A stretch of 64,000 bases of DNA from Tepidisphaera sp. (GCA_050916045.1 CP051526.1:736001-800000), one strand, 5' to 3'. Shown: positions 29,852-38,916, counted from the first letter of the stretch. Notes: generated by a model from the sequence alone, not told the origin. Program-made: numbers and translations.

Positions 29852-29914
29852 TCAAATTTCAAATTTCAAATTTCAAATTTCAAATTTCAAATTTCAAATC
29901 TCAAATCTCAAACC
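29852..29914. repeat. Heptamer tandem repeat (TCAAATT)x6, (TCAAATC)x2, TCAAACC
   Basis: Read directly from the sequence; lies in the scaffold-capsid intergenic region. Confidence 0.95.
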
Positions 29915-29946
29915 TCAGGCCGCCCTCGCGGCTCTCCGCCGCCGCG

Positions 29947-30501
29947 TCACCCGCGCTTGGCCCGCAGGTATTCCAGAAGCGACCGCCGAGTCCCCCCGCT
30001 CCCGCGAGCCTTCTCAAACGCCCGCTCCACCGCCGTCTCGTACCGCTCCCCGCGCGGCGCCCCGCCCATCGCGATCGCCCCGACGGGCTTGCTCGCTTCG
30101 AAAAGGTGCGGCTTGCGTTCTTTGACCTCGGCGACGACGCGGCCGACGTCCTTGTCGTTCCCCTTGGCGAGGGTCTGCTCGACCAAGAGCAGCGCGCTCT
30201 CGACGTCCTGGGCTTTCGCGTCGATGAGCTGCCGTTCGACCTCGCGGCGCTGGATCATGGCTTCGAGCGTGCGTTTGCCGGCTTCGAGCTCGGTCCGCAG
30301 GGAGGCGAGGCTCTGCTCGAGCTCCTTGATCTTCTCCTCCGCCTGGAGCGCTCGGCCGCGCCAGGTCGATTCGTCCGTGTCCGCTCCGCCGCCCGAACCC
30401 GCTTGCGAGGGCCCCGCGCCCTCCGGCGGCCCGCCGCCGCCGCCACCACCCCCGATGGGCCCCTGTCCCGCGCTTCCAAGCCCGCCGCCGAAATCCCCCA
30501 T
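29947..30501 (-). CDS. Putative capsid scaffolding protein
   Basis: Sits between portal and capsid genes; Gly-rich N-terminus, coiled coil, and a 'VKERKPHLF' motif typical of GP20-like scaffolds. Confidence 0.75.
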   Translation of the reverse strand: MGDFGGGLGSAGQGPIGGGGGGGGPPEGAGPSQAGSGGGADTDESTWRGRALQAEEKIKELEQSLASLRTELEAGKRTLEAMIQRREVERQLIDAKAQDVESALLLVEQTLAKGNDKDVGRVVAEVKERKPHLFEASKPVGAIAMGGAPRGERYETAVERAFEKARGSGGTRRSLLEYLRAKRG

Positions 30502-30526
30502 TGGTGTTCTCCTTGTGTCGTGATGG

Positions 30527-32137
30527 TCATTCCACGCCCGCGTCCGCCTGGGAGTACCCAAGCTCCGAGAGCACGCGTTCCTTCGAGACGCCGAGGCGGG
30601 TCTTCCCCTCGGCCGCAAGCACTTTCTCCCGGTCATCCACAGGCAGCGGGTCGGGCCACTCGATCGCGACGCCGCGATCCGCCGCCCGCGTCCTGAGCAA
30701 GCCCGCGTGGTCGAGCGCCGCGAGGACAAGCCCGCACACCTCCTGGATCCCGCGTCCGTACGTCACCCGCTTGCGGGCCGTTTTGGCGAGCACGCTCATC
30801 AGCGTGACCCGCAGCGCGTTGGCCGAGGAGAGATTCCCGATGCGGCCCTGCACCACGCCCCCCGCGACCGGAGGCACGCCGCTCACCTTGTCCATCGCTT
30901 CCCGGATCTGCTGGATGTGAGCATCTTCGCTGGGGCTTGATGCATCGCCGCCGAACGCCTGGATGCTCGCGTCCATGTTGTCGGTCGTCCAGACCTGTCC
31001 CGGCGCAATGGGCGTCTTCTCAAACCCGTCCACGCCCTTGGCGAGGTACATCCGGAAGCTCTGCATCGTGACGCGGTTGGCCCGGTCGCTCAGCCGCGTG
31101 TTGAGCTCATCCTGCAGGGCCATCAGCGGCTCGACCTCACCCAGCCCGGCCCACTTCCACGGCTCGGCGATGTTCTGGATGTGCGCGACGGGCACGCGTC
31201 CGCCGGTCCAGGGCGTCTCGCCGGCGGCGGTCAATTTCTCGCCGTCGTACTGCTGCCACGCGGCGGGCGCGATGATCCGCGTCTTGGAAGCGCGGGCCCG
31301 CCGGGGCGGCCTCGCGCTCCCTACGACGGCGCCCGAAGCGCGTTCCCACCAGCCCGCGGGCTCGACGCGGTTCTGCTCGTGCTCGTAGTGCACGATGTAC
31401 GCGAGGATCTTGCGGTAGTCGGACGGATCGGTGACCGCGAACCCCCGGCGCGGATCGACGACCTCGATCGTGACCAGCCCGGCAAGTTCGCGGGCCCACC
31501 GCGCCGGTTCGGTGTTGGCCGACCGGCGAGCGAGGTCCCGCAAGCCCTGCGTGTCGACGCTCACGAGAAAGTCGACCGAGCCGAGCACGTGCCCGATCAG
31601 CGCCGCGTCTTGGAGCAGCGCGATGCCGCCCGAAGCCTCCCACACCGCGTCGAGCGCGGCTTCGACGGCGGCCCGGGTTCGTTCATCCTCGGCGCGGCTT
31701 GCGAGTCGGATGGCTTTCCCGAACATGAAGTCGACCATGGACTGGATCCGCCAGCCGATGTCGTTCTCGATGACGACCTCGCGGCGGACGCCGTAGCCGG
31801 CCGCTTCGCCCTGAGCCAGAGCCAGCCCCGAGGTGGGTGGGCGGCCCGTGATGCGGCTCGGCAGTCCCATTTCCTGCCCGAGCACGCCCATCCCGGCGCC
31901 GCCCCCCACCCCCAACCCCGCCCCCAACCCCACCCCGGCCCCCATCCCGGCTCCCACCCGGGGCCGCACGCCGCTTCCCGCCGCGCCTCCGTGCGAGGAC
32001 GGGTTGCGGTAGTACGCCCAAAGCCGTTCAAGCTCCGGCACCACGACCTCGCGGTGCTCCTCAAGCAGAAGTCGCAGGTACGTTTCGTCAAGCCCCGCTT
32101 CCGCGAACGCTTCCACGCTCCCAAGCCGATACGCCAC
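30527..32137 (-). CDS. Phage portal protein (SPP1 gp6-like)
   Basis: L..YY, V.FMFGK, G.VPV.HI.N, G.GE.E....LQD.LN..LSD, SANALR......AK...KR, I.WPDPLP.D; start estimated. Confidence 0.85.
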   Translation of the reverse strand: MAYRLGSVEAFAEAGLDETYLRLLLEEHREVVVPELERLWAYYRNPSSHGGAAGSGVRPRVGAGMGAGVGLGAGLGVGGGAGMGVLGQEMGLPSRITGRPPTSGLALAQGEAAGYGVRREVVIENDIGWRIQSMVDFMFGKAIRLASRAEDERTRAAVEAALDAVWEASGGIALLQDAALIGHVLGSVDFLVSVDTQGLRDLARRSANTEPARWARELAGLVTIEVVDPRRGFAVTDPSDYRKILAYIVHYEHEQNRVEPAGWWERASGAVVGSARPPRRARASKTRIIAPAAWQQYDGEKLTAAGETPWTGGRVPVAHIQNIAEPWKWAGLGEVEPLMALQDELNTRLSDRANRVTMQSFRMYLAKGVDGFEKTPIAPGQVWTTDNMDASIQAFGGDASSPSEDAHIQQIREAMDKVSGVPPVAGGVVQGRIGNLSSANALRVTLMSVLAKTARKRVTYGRGIQEVCGLVLAALDHAGLLRTRAADRGVAIEWPDPLPVDDREKVLAAEGKTRLGVSKERVLSELGYSQADAGVE

Positions 32138-32303
32138 GCGAGCCCCCTTCCCACAGGCGGGCCGACCCAACCGGCCCACACTCCCTCGGCCCGGGAGCCC
32201 CGTTCGCGCGCACGGCCACCCGCCGGCGCGAGCCGGGATCGCTTCACAAACTCAGGTCCGGAGGGTGCGCAAGTCCAGCCCGCGAAAGGCCATGCGACCG
32301 CAC

Positions 32304-32329
32304 GCGCGAAAACTCGAGGGTTTTCGCGC
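32304..32329. promoter_or_regulatory. 10-bp inverted repeat upstream of the portal gene (operator or hairpin candidate)
   Basis: GCGCGAAAAC-N6-GTTTTCGCGC. Confidence 0.35.
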
Positions 32330-32390
32330 CGGTGCCGCGGCGCGTTCATTGGGTCGAGCGCACAAAGGCGACCATCGGTCGCCGCTTGCG

Positions 32391-32651
32391 TTAGCCGATG
32401 GCTTCGACGCTGGAGTACTGGTCGAGGTTGATCACGACGAGTTCGCCGTCGTCCTTGCGGAGTTCGAGGCGGTCAAGCCAGAGCTTGTGGTCCTTGCTGT
32501 GGGCAAACCAGGAGCCGGTCTTGGCCTGGGTGTACTTGACGATCACGCCCTCGATCGGCTTGGTCGCGAACGTAGCGTCACCGTTGCCCAGGTGCGGCAC
32601 CTGCTGCGTGACCCTGACCCTCTGCCCTGCCTGATACTGCGTCATCGCCAT
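32391..32651 (-). CDS. Small conserved-looking hypothetical protein (SH3-like beta)
   Basis: YQAGQRVRVTQQ...GSWFAHSKDHKLWLDRL; host-like codon usage. Confidence 0.7.
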   Translation of the reverse strand: MAMTQYQAGQRVRVTQQVPHLGNGDATFATKPIEGVIVKYTQAKTGSWFAHSKDHKLWLDRLELRKDDGELVVINLDQYSSVEAIG

Positions 32652-32789
32652 AGACCCAAAGATAGGCCGCATCGAGCACCCGACGGCCGGGACGTCCACG
32701 TGACCCCGAGCAGAAGCGTCGACCGCCCCGCACGAGTTCATGGCTCGGTCTTCCCCGATGCCTGTTGCCCGATGCCCAATGCCTTCCGC

Positions 32790-34352
32790 TCAGCACCCCG
32801 TCTCGTAATCGAGCACGAAGTCGTCGTAGTCGAAGAAGTCGACGAACCCGTCGCCGTTGTGGTCCGCCGTCTTGCCGTCCGGGCAGACGTTCTCCTCGTA
32901 GCAGAGGACGTAATCGTCGTAGTCAAAGAAGTCCAGGAACCCGTCGCCGTTGAAGTCCGCCGGGCACGCCGGAGCCGGTTCCTCGACCGTCCCAAGCACC
33001 GTCACCACCCGTGCCGGCTGGTCCGGATCGTCCGAAGCGATCGTGATCGTCCCGGCTTTGTTCCCCGGCGTCGCCGTGTTCATCGTGATCGTGTGGCCGT
33101 TGAACCCGCCCCCAGCCGCATCGCTGAACACCCCGCCCGGAGCCGCAAATCCCGAAGAAGCCGCCAGCGAGTAGTTCAGCGTCGAGATCCCGCCGCCCGT
33201 GAACAACGCCACATCGCCCGCGTTGAACACCGTCAGCGTCTCGGTCGCCGCCGCGCCCACCTCGACCGTCCCGAAATCAATCACCAGATCGCTCCCGACC
33301 TTGGCCGGGACGCGGAGATCCAGGAACACCGGGATGTGCCCGCCGCTGCCCGCGCAGTTGCGGATCGCCGTCGCGATCGCGGGACCCACCATCGTGTTGC
33401 CGACGGTCGTCATCGCGGCGTCAAAGCTCGACCCGTCGTTGCCCCACACGCGATACGAGTGGTTCGGGTCGTTCCACGTCGACGTGCTGTAGGGGATGTC
33501 CTCGTTGCCGATGTAGTCCAGGCCCACCTCGTCCAGCAGGCCCGCGCCCACGAGGATCTGGTCGTGCCGGTCGTCCATGCCGCCGGCGCCGATGGGGTCC
33601 TGCGTGTGCACGAACCGGAAGGCGCCGTTGTTGTTCCAACTGCCGGGAGTGAGGATCGGGTCGAAGAACCGCCCGAGGTTGTTGGCTTCCGAGCCAACGA
33701 ACTTGACGTAGGAGGTCTGCGAGGAGGACTGCATGTTCATGTCGCCGAGCACCATGAACTGATACCCCGCGGGCTTGGCCGTGCCCGCGCCGTTGGTGTC
33801 CTGGCCGGCGGCGTTGTTGCGGATGCGGGTGGATTCGACCAGGCGGCGGGAGTTGTCGCTGCTTGCGTTGCCGGCCTTCATGTGCACCGAGTAAAGCGAC
33901 ATGGCCGCCGGAGCCGCCGCGTATCCGACGGGCACCAGGTCGTACCGGTAGGTGTTCCGCGGCTGATTCGCAGCGTCCGAAGATCCCCCCGCGACAACCC
34001 ACGTCCGGTTGCCGATCAGCGTGAGCTTGCTCGTGCGGTAGTACAGACCCGCGTCGGTGTCCGGCCCATCGACGAACGGAGCCCGGGCCCAGTCGCCAGG
34101 CGAACCTGGAGCCGTATTCAAAGCCGACAGAAAGGCCGCGTCCGCCGCGTTCGACAGGATCTCCTGCGCCGCGATCACGTCCGGACTCATCGAGCGTCCC
34201 TCGAACTGGCCGTACACGACCGTCTGAATGTCGGCCGTGCGACCCCCGGCGTAGTTGGAGATGTTCCAGGCGACCACGCGGATCTGCGCGATGGCGGTTG
34301 TGGACAACGCGCAACCAGCGGCCAAAGCCGCGACGAGTGACACCTTCACCAT
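32790..34352 (-). CDS. Secreted endonuclease/exonuclease/phosphatase-fold protein with Ig-like and GC-type dockerin-like domains
   Basis: Signal peptide, IRVVAWNI, PDV.A.QE, H.KAG, GDMN, DDRHD.IL, H.PV; ends ...YETGC. Confidence 0.85.
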   Translation of the reverse strand: MVKVSLVAALAAGCALSTTAIAQIRVVAWNISNYAGGRTADIQTVVYGQFEGRSMSPDVIAAQEILSNAADAAFLSALNTAPGSPGDWARAPFVDGPDTDAGLYYRTSKLTLIGNRTWVVAGGSSDAANQPRNTYRYDLVPVGYAAAPAAMSLYSVHMKAGNASSDNSRRLVESTRIRNNAAGQDTNGAGTAKPAGYQFMVLGDMNMQSSSQTSYVKFVGSEANNLGRFFDPILTPGSWNNNGAFRFVHTQDPIGAGGMDDRHDQILVGAGLLDEVGLDYIGNEDIPYSTSTWNDPNHSYRVWGNDGSSFDAAMTTVGNTMVGPAIATAIRNCAGSGGHIPVFLDLRVPAKVGSDLVIDFGTVEVGAAATETLTVFNAGDVALFTGGGISTLNYSLAASSGFAAPGGVFSDAAGGGFNGHTITMNTATPGNKAGTITIASDDPDQPARVVTVLGTVEEPAPACPADFNGDGFLDFFDYDDYVLCYEENVCPDGKTADHNGDGFVDFFDYDDFVLDYETGC

Positions 34353-34442
34353 GAACCAATCTCCTTCTCGGGGACTCCGAACCCGATCATAGCTCGCGGG
34401 AACCTTCCTCCAACCCGAGAAACCCGCCGAATTCACGAGGTC

Positions 34443-35423
34443 CTAGTCCGGAAACCCCTCTTGCGGCCCGGCTTGCAAAGCCCTCGCCCGACCCGAACCC
34501 GGGGGGCCGAACCTGATCCACTCCAGACAAAGCCCGGTCGGGGGCAGCGTCGGTCCGGCGATGCGCCGATCCCCGCTCGCGAGAGCCTCCGAGACTCGCT
34601 CGGGCTTCATCCGCCCCCGGCCGACCTCGGCGAGCGTGCCCGCGATGATCCGCACCATGTTCCACAGGAACCCGCTCCCGCTGATGTCCAGACGCACCCG
34701 CTGAGGCTCGGGCTCCGAAATGTCGCACGCAAAGACCGTGCGCACGGTCGAAAGCCGGCCGTGCCCCGCCGCCGCGAACGCCGCGAAGTCGTGCTCCCCG
34801 ACGAACCGCGCCGCCGCGTCCCGCATCGCGGCCACGTCTAGCGGCTCCCAGATGTGATGCACCCGTCGGCGGTCAAAGAGCGCGCGCACCTTCGCGCAGT
34901 GAAAGGTGTACGAGTATCCCTTGGACTCGGTGTCGCCGATGGGGTTGAACTCGGCCGGAACCACCTCCGCCGCGGTGACCAGGCAGTCCTCGGGCAAGCG
35001 TCCGTTGATCGCGATCATCAGCCGGTCCACGCCGCGCGAGATCGGCCACCCGGTCCCGGGCTTGTGGTTCTCGTCGCTTTCCTCCCCGCTGCAGGTGAAC
35101 GCCGCCACCTGCCCGCGAGCGTGCACACCGCTGTCGGTCCTGCTTGAGCCGACGAGTTCAACCGGCTCGCGGACCACGTCGCTGACCGCCCGTTCGAGCA
35201 CGTGCTGCACCGTTCGGAGAGCGACGCGGCCCGGGCGATCGGGAAGCTCCTCAATCATCTTGCGGCCAAGGCCCACCTCGCGCGTGTCACCCGGCGCAGC
35301 GGCTTCGGTTGCTCCCTGCGGACCGGCCCCGTGCGCGATCGCCCACGGCGCGAGCGGCTCCTGCTTCTGCCAGCCGCAGAAATCCGTCCCCTCGTACGCG
35401 ATGGTGAGCTTGTACCGCGGCAC
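34443..35423 (-). CDS. truA: tRNA pseudouridine(38-40) synthase
   Basis: AYEGTDFCGWQ.Q, SRTDSGVHA.GQV, GEHDF.AF, GFLWNMVRII.GTL, PP.GL.L. Confidence 0.93.
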   Translation of the reverse strand: MPRYKLTIAYEGTDFCGWQKQEPLAPWAIAHGAGPQGATEAAAPGDTREVGLGRKMIEELPDRPGRVALRTVQHVLERAVSDVVREPVELVGSSRTDSGVHARGQVAAFTCSGEESDENHKPGTGWPISRGVDRLMIAINGRLPEDCLVTAAEVVPAEFNPIGDTESKGYSYTFHCAKVRALFDRRRVHHIWEPLDVAAMRDAAARFVGEHDFAAFAAAGHGRLSTVRTVFACDISEPEPQRVRLDISGSGFLWNMVRIIAGTLAEVGRGRMKPERVSEALASGDRRIAGPTLPPTGLCLEWIRFGPPGSGRARALQAGPQEGFPD

Positions 35424-35462
35424 GCGAGCATCGTAGGGAGCGGACGCCCCGATCTTCGACGC

Positions 35463-37196
35463 TTACCGGGCCATCTCGACGATCTCGGGATGCTTGGCGA
35501 GCTGGTCCTTGGGGATCCGCTTGACCAGCGTGCGGAGCTCGCTCGCCCGCCCCGTACGGAAGAGGGACGAAGCCCCCGCGACCGCCGCCGCGGCGTTCCA
35601 CTGCCCTGCTTCCGTCGTCGCGAGCGCCGCCGCCAGGCGCGACGCATCCGCATCCCGTCCGAGCATCACCAGCAGCCAGATCCCCTCCGCCAGATCCGAC
35701 CGGATCAGCCCCTTGACCTCTTCCGACAGATCCACAGCACCCTCCATCGTCGGAATCGCCGCCGGCGGAGCTTTCGGGATCGCAACCCCTCCAAGCGTCC
35801 AGAGCGCATCGCCGATGATCGTGATCTTGTGAGGGGGCGCGTCGTCGTATCGCGCCGCCGCCGCCAGCGGGATCCCTGCGGCAAGCCGCGCCGCAACCGC
35901 CGGCGTCGGGACAAACCCCGAAAGCTGCGGCTCATCCACCGAACCCACATACCCCGCCGCTCCGCGATCAAGCCAGCGCCCCGCGAGGGTCTCCCGCGTT
36001 CCCACGAACTGCGCCGAGTACGAGTGCACAAAGTTCACGATCGACGGAACGTTCAGGAACGGAACATCCGCGAGCGTTCCCGTGCCCGAAGCCAGATGGA
36101 ACTGGTGCTTCTCCCCCTTGGTGTTGACGAAGATCATCGTCGCGTCGATCGGCTTGGCGATTTCCTCGCGCCACGCATCAATGCCGCCGCTGGGCGTGCG
36201 CACACCCTTGACGCTCCACCCCAGCGCCTTGAGCGCGTCCTCCGTCGCTTTCCCGGCGTACGCGTTCCAGCCGGGGCTGTCGGGGTAGCTGTCAAAGATC
36301 CAAGCGTCTTTCGCCGTGGTGGGGAGGAACAGCGCCGTCATCGCCCGGTACGCCGAGCCTGCCGCCGAGCCCGAGATCTGCGAACCCCAAGCCCACCGCT
36401 TGGGGCCCGGAGCCTGCCGGCCGATGCGGTCCGTCGTCGCCATCACGCCCACCGCCGTGCCCGCGATGGTCTGCTGCATCGCCGTGCAGAGGGTGACCGC
36501 TTCCAGGTCGTCGCCCAGACCCTTCCACGAGTACCCCGTTCCCTCCGCGAACGTCTCGATGCTCTTCTCGAGCTTCTCGGCTTCCGCGACCGTGAAAGCC
36601 GCATCCAGCCGGCGCGTGGACTCGGTCCAGAAGATCGGCTGACCGCGGCCGGCGCTCAGTGCCAGCGCCGCCGTCCACGCCGGATCGTTCACCGCCGCGA
36701 CCACGACGCCGGGCGGCGTGAGCTGGAGAGCTTTCCACTCCGCGATGACCGCCGCGCGGTCGAACGTCTTGGTTTCGGTCGCGGGAGCCATCGACCACGC
36801 GCGGCCGACCGCCGATTCGACCGCCGCGGGATCCGCGACGCCGTTGCTCCGGTCGGGGGTCTTGGACGCGTACCTCAGAACCTTCTCGGGCTTGAACCCG
36901 CGCACGAACCGAGCGATGTTCTCGCGCGCGTTCGGCGTGCCGTCGTCGATGAGCACCGGGAATCGGACCGTCAGCCTCCACATCCCGACCGCTTCGACGT
37001 ACGACGTCGTGTCACGCACGATGACCACCACCGGCGCGACCGCAAGCTTGGCTTGCACCTGACGGACCCGCATGCCAAGCTTGAGCGACGGAGCGATCTC
37101 CTCCGCGGCCGGTCTCGCCGGCGGCTGAAATGTCGCCGCGAGCGAGCTTGTGAGGATGACCGCGGCGAAAGAGCCGAAAGCCAGGTGGGTGCGCAT
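35463..37196 (-). CDS. Secreted hypothetical protein with a TIGR03790/caspase-fold-like C-terminal region
   Basis: Signal peptide; HSYSA...LAGRWL.RGA..YVGSV.EP.L.GF pattern (family assignment tentative). Confidence 0.65.
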   Translation of the reverse strand: MRTHLAFGSFAAVILTSSLAATFQPPARPAAEEIAPSLKLGMRVRQVQAKLAVAPVVVIVRDTTSYVEAVGMWRLTVRFPVLIDDGTPNARENIARFVRGFKPEKVLRYASKTPDRSNGVADPAAVESAVGRAWSMAPATETKTFDRAAVIAEWKALQLTPPGVVVAAVNDPAWTAALALSAGRGQPIFWTESTRRLDAAFTVAEAEKLEKSIETFAEGTGYSWKGLGDDLEAVTLCTAMQQTIAGTAVGVMATTDRIGRQAPGPKRWAWGSQISGSAAGSAYRAMTALFLPTTAKDAWIFDSYPDSPGWNAYAGKATEDALKALGWSVKGVRTPSGGIDAWREEIAKPIDATMIFVNTKGEKHQFHLASGTGTLADVPFLNVPSIVNFVHSYSAQFVGTRETLAGRWLDRGAAGYVGSVDEPQLSGFVPTPAVAARLAAGIPLAAAARYDDAPPHKITIIGDALWTLGGVAIPKAPPAAIPTMEGAVDLSEEVKGLIRSDLAEGIWLLVMLGRDADASRLAAALATTEAGQWNAAAAVAGASSLFRTGRASELRTLVKRIPKDQLAKHPEIVEMAR

Positions 37197-37272
37197 CCCC
37201 GATAGTATTGATCTGCACCGCTTGCGGTTCGCTCGGCGAGCCCGAATTTCGCGGTCGATTTGGAGCCTCAGC

Positions 37273-37506
37273 ATGGGATGGTTCTCTGACAGCCCCGACC
37301 CCGCCCTCATGCTCCGCCTCGCCCGAATCGAGCGCAAGCTCGATGCGCTCATGGCCGCTCTCGACGTTCCGGTCCCAAGCGACGGGATGGACGACATCCG
37401 CGACCTCGCCAAAGCGGGCCGGAAAATCGAAGCGATCAAGCTCCTCCGGGATCGAACAGGCATGGGGCTTGCCGAAGCCAAGAAAGCCGTCGACCAAGGG
37501 GTCTGA
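37273..37506 (+). CDS. Small protein with a ribosomal L7/L12 C-terminal-like domain
   Basis: RLARIERKLD...GRKIEAIKLLR..TG.GL.EAKKAVD. Confidence 0.75.
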   Translation: MGWFSDSPDPALMLRLARIERKLDALMAALDVPVPSDGMDDIRDLAKAGRKIEAIKLLRDRTGMGLAEAKKAVDQGV

Positions 37507-37509
37507 ACC

Positions 37510-38916
37510 CTAGTTCCCCGCCGATGCGAGCGAGCCGTCCGCGATGATCGTGAACGGGATCGTCCGCTCCGCCTGCGCCCCGCGCTGCCGGTCCTTCACG
37601 ATCAGCTTGAGGTTGTACGCCCCCACGCTCAGGTTCGCCGGAAGCTCGATCACCGTCGTGATGTAGAAGTCTCGCCGAGGCCGACGCGACACGTCCTTCA
37701 CCTGTGTCTCGCCCCAGCGCTTCTGAAGCGTCGGACGGTCCGCGTCCTGCCAGATCTCAACCGCTTGGCCGAGATCCACCGTGTAACGCTCGCTGTCGCC
37801 GCTCCCCGCCGACTCGATCGTCCGACGGTGCGCGAAGCTGTCTACTTCCGCGTACACGATCAGCGTGTGCGAGGTTCCCGCGAGCAGGTTCCGCGACGGG
37901 ATCGTGTCGTACTGCCCATACCCGTTCACCTTCGTGCAAAGCTCCGTCGTCGTGATCCGAACGTCTCGGGCCGTCGTGATCGGCGAAGCCGCATCGGAAA
38001 GCGAACGCCAGAGCTTCTCATGATCGCTCATCAGCGCCGGCTCCGCGACAGTCCGACTCAGCATCTCGCGCAGCACGTTGATCGACTTGATCTGCCGCGG
38101 ATCCAGAAGGCGGGAAGCCGGCACCGCATCCAGCGACCCCAGCACGCCCGGCCGGATCGTGTCGAGCCACGCCAACGCCGCATAGTCCGCCGCCGGGTTG
38201 CGGCTCGACGCCGCGCGCTCGCGCAGCGCCCGCGCCAGTTCATCCGCCGCCATCGTGAAACGCTGCTCGACCGGCGCCGTCGCCGGCGCGAGCACCACCG
38301 GCTCACCCGTCCCCGTCACCCCCGTCGATCCGGTTGTTCCTCCGGGAGTCGTCGTTGTTGAAGGTGCCGTCGTTTCGCCCGCAAGCGCGGCGAGCCCCGC
38401 GCTCGCCGGGGGCGGAACAGCCGGGATCGGCGCTGCGGCGGTGTTCGTCCCGGGCGTACCTGCTGGCGACTTCAGCGCCGGAGCGTTCACCACGGGCATG
38501 TTCACCGGTGCCGCGGGCGGCGCCGGGTTCATGGCCGGGTTCATGGCCGGGTTCATGGCCGGGTTCACTGCCGGGTTCGCAGGCTGCGTCGGCGATTGCT
38601 TCAAGGCCTGCTGGTTCCGGTACTCCTCGAGCAGACGCGTCTGCTCCGCGATCAGCTCCTCGAGCTTCGCGTAACTCGGCTTGGCGTTCGTGACGGCTTC
38701 GCCTTCCGGCTGAACCGGCGGCGTGGCCGCAAGCTCTTCCAGCGCGGCGTTCGTGGTCGTGTTCTCGTTGGCTCCGGCGGGAAGCGGGGTCTTCAGACGA
38801 CCCTTGGGAATCGCGGCCGTCGGAGAACCCGCGGGCGCGGGGCTCGACATGCACGCGGGCAATCCCGTGAGCAGGCCGGCGGCGGCAAGCAGGACGAGCG
38901 GACGGGCGATCTTCAT
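37510..38916 (-). CDS. Hypothetical lipoprotein with Pro/Ala-rich N-terminus and beta-sandwich C-terminus
   Basis: Lipobox-like LPAC; LCTKVNGYGQY; LP..L..G.Y.LK..V.D. Confidence 0.75.
   Translation of the reverse strand: MKIARPLVLLAAAGLLTGLPACMSSPAPAGSPTAAIPKGRLKTPLPAGANENTTTNAALEELAATPPVQPEGEAVTNAKPSYAKLEELIAEQTRLLEEYRNQQALKQSPTQPANPAVNPAMNPAMNPAMNPAPPAAPVNMPVVNAPALKSPAGTPGTNTAAAPIPAVPPPASAGLAALAGETTAPSTTTTPGGTTGSTGVTGTGEPVVLAPATAPVEQRFTMAADELARALRERAASSRNPAADYAALAWLDTIRPGVLGSLDAVPASRLLDPRQIKSINVLREMLSRTVAEPALMSDHEKLWRSLSDAASPITTARDVRITTTELCTKVNGYGQYDTIPSRNLLAGTSHTLIVYAEVDSFAHRRTIESAGSGDSERYTVDLGQAVEIWQDADRPTLQKRWGETQVKDVSRRPRRDFYITTVIELPANLSVGAYNLKLIVKDRQRGAQAERTIPFTIIADGSLASAGN
38522..38580. 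repeat. 12-bp coding tandem repeat (GCCGGGTTCATG) encoding NPAM/NPAV
   Basis: Three perfect and two variant units. Confidence 0.85.

Larger units (their letters stand above)
26919..32137 (-). mobile_element. Phage-derived virion structural module (portal, scaffold, capsid, adaptor, two tail-like genes); GTA-like or domesticated prophage remnant
   Basis: Canonical head gene order on one strand with intact ORFs; no integrase, terminase, replication or lysis genes in the window. Confidence 0.75.

Noticed and set aside
29852..29914. CRISPR array
   Set aside because: Contiguous 7-bp units with no spacers, and no cas genes in the window.
26919..32137. Intact inducible prophage
   Set aside because: No integrase, repressor, replication, terminase, tape-measure or lysis genes and no att repeats seen; flanked immediately by host genes.
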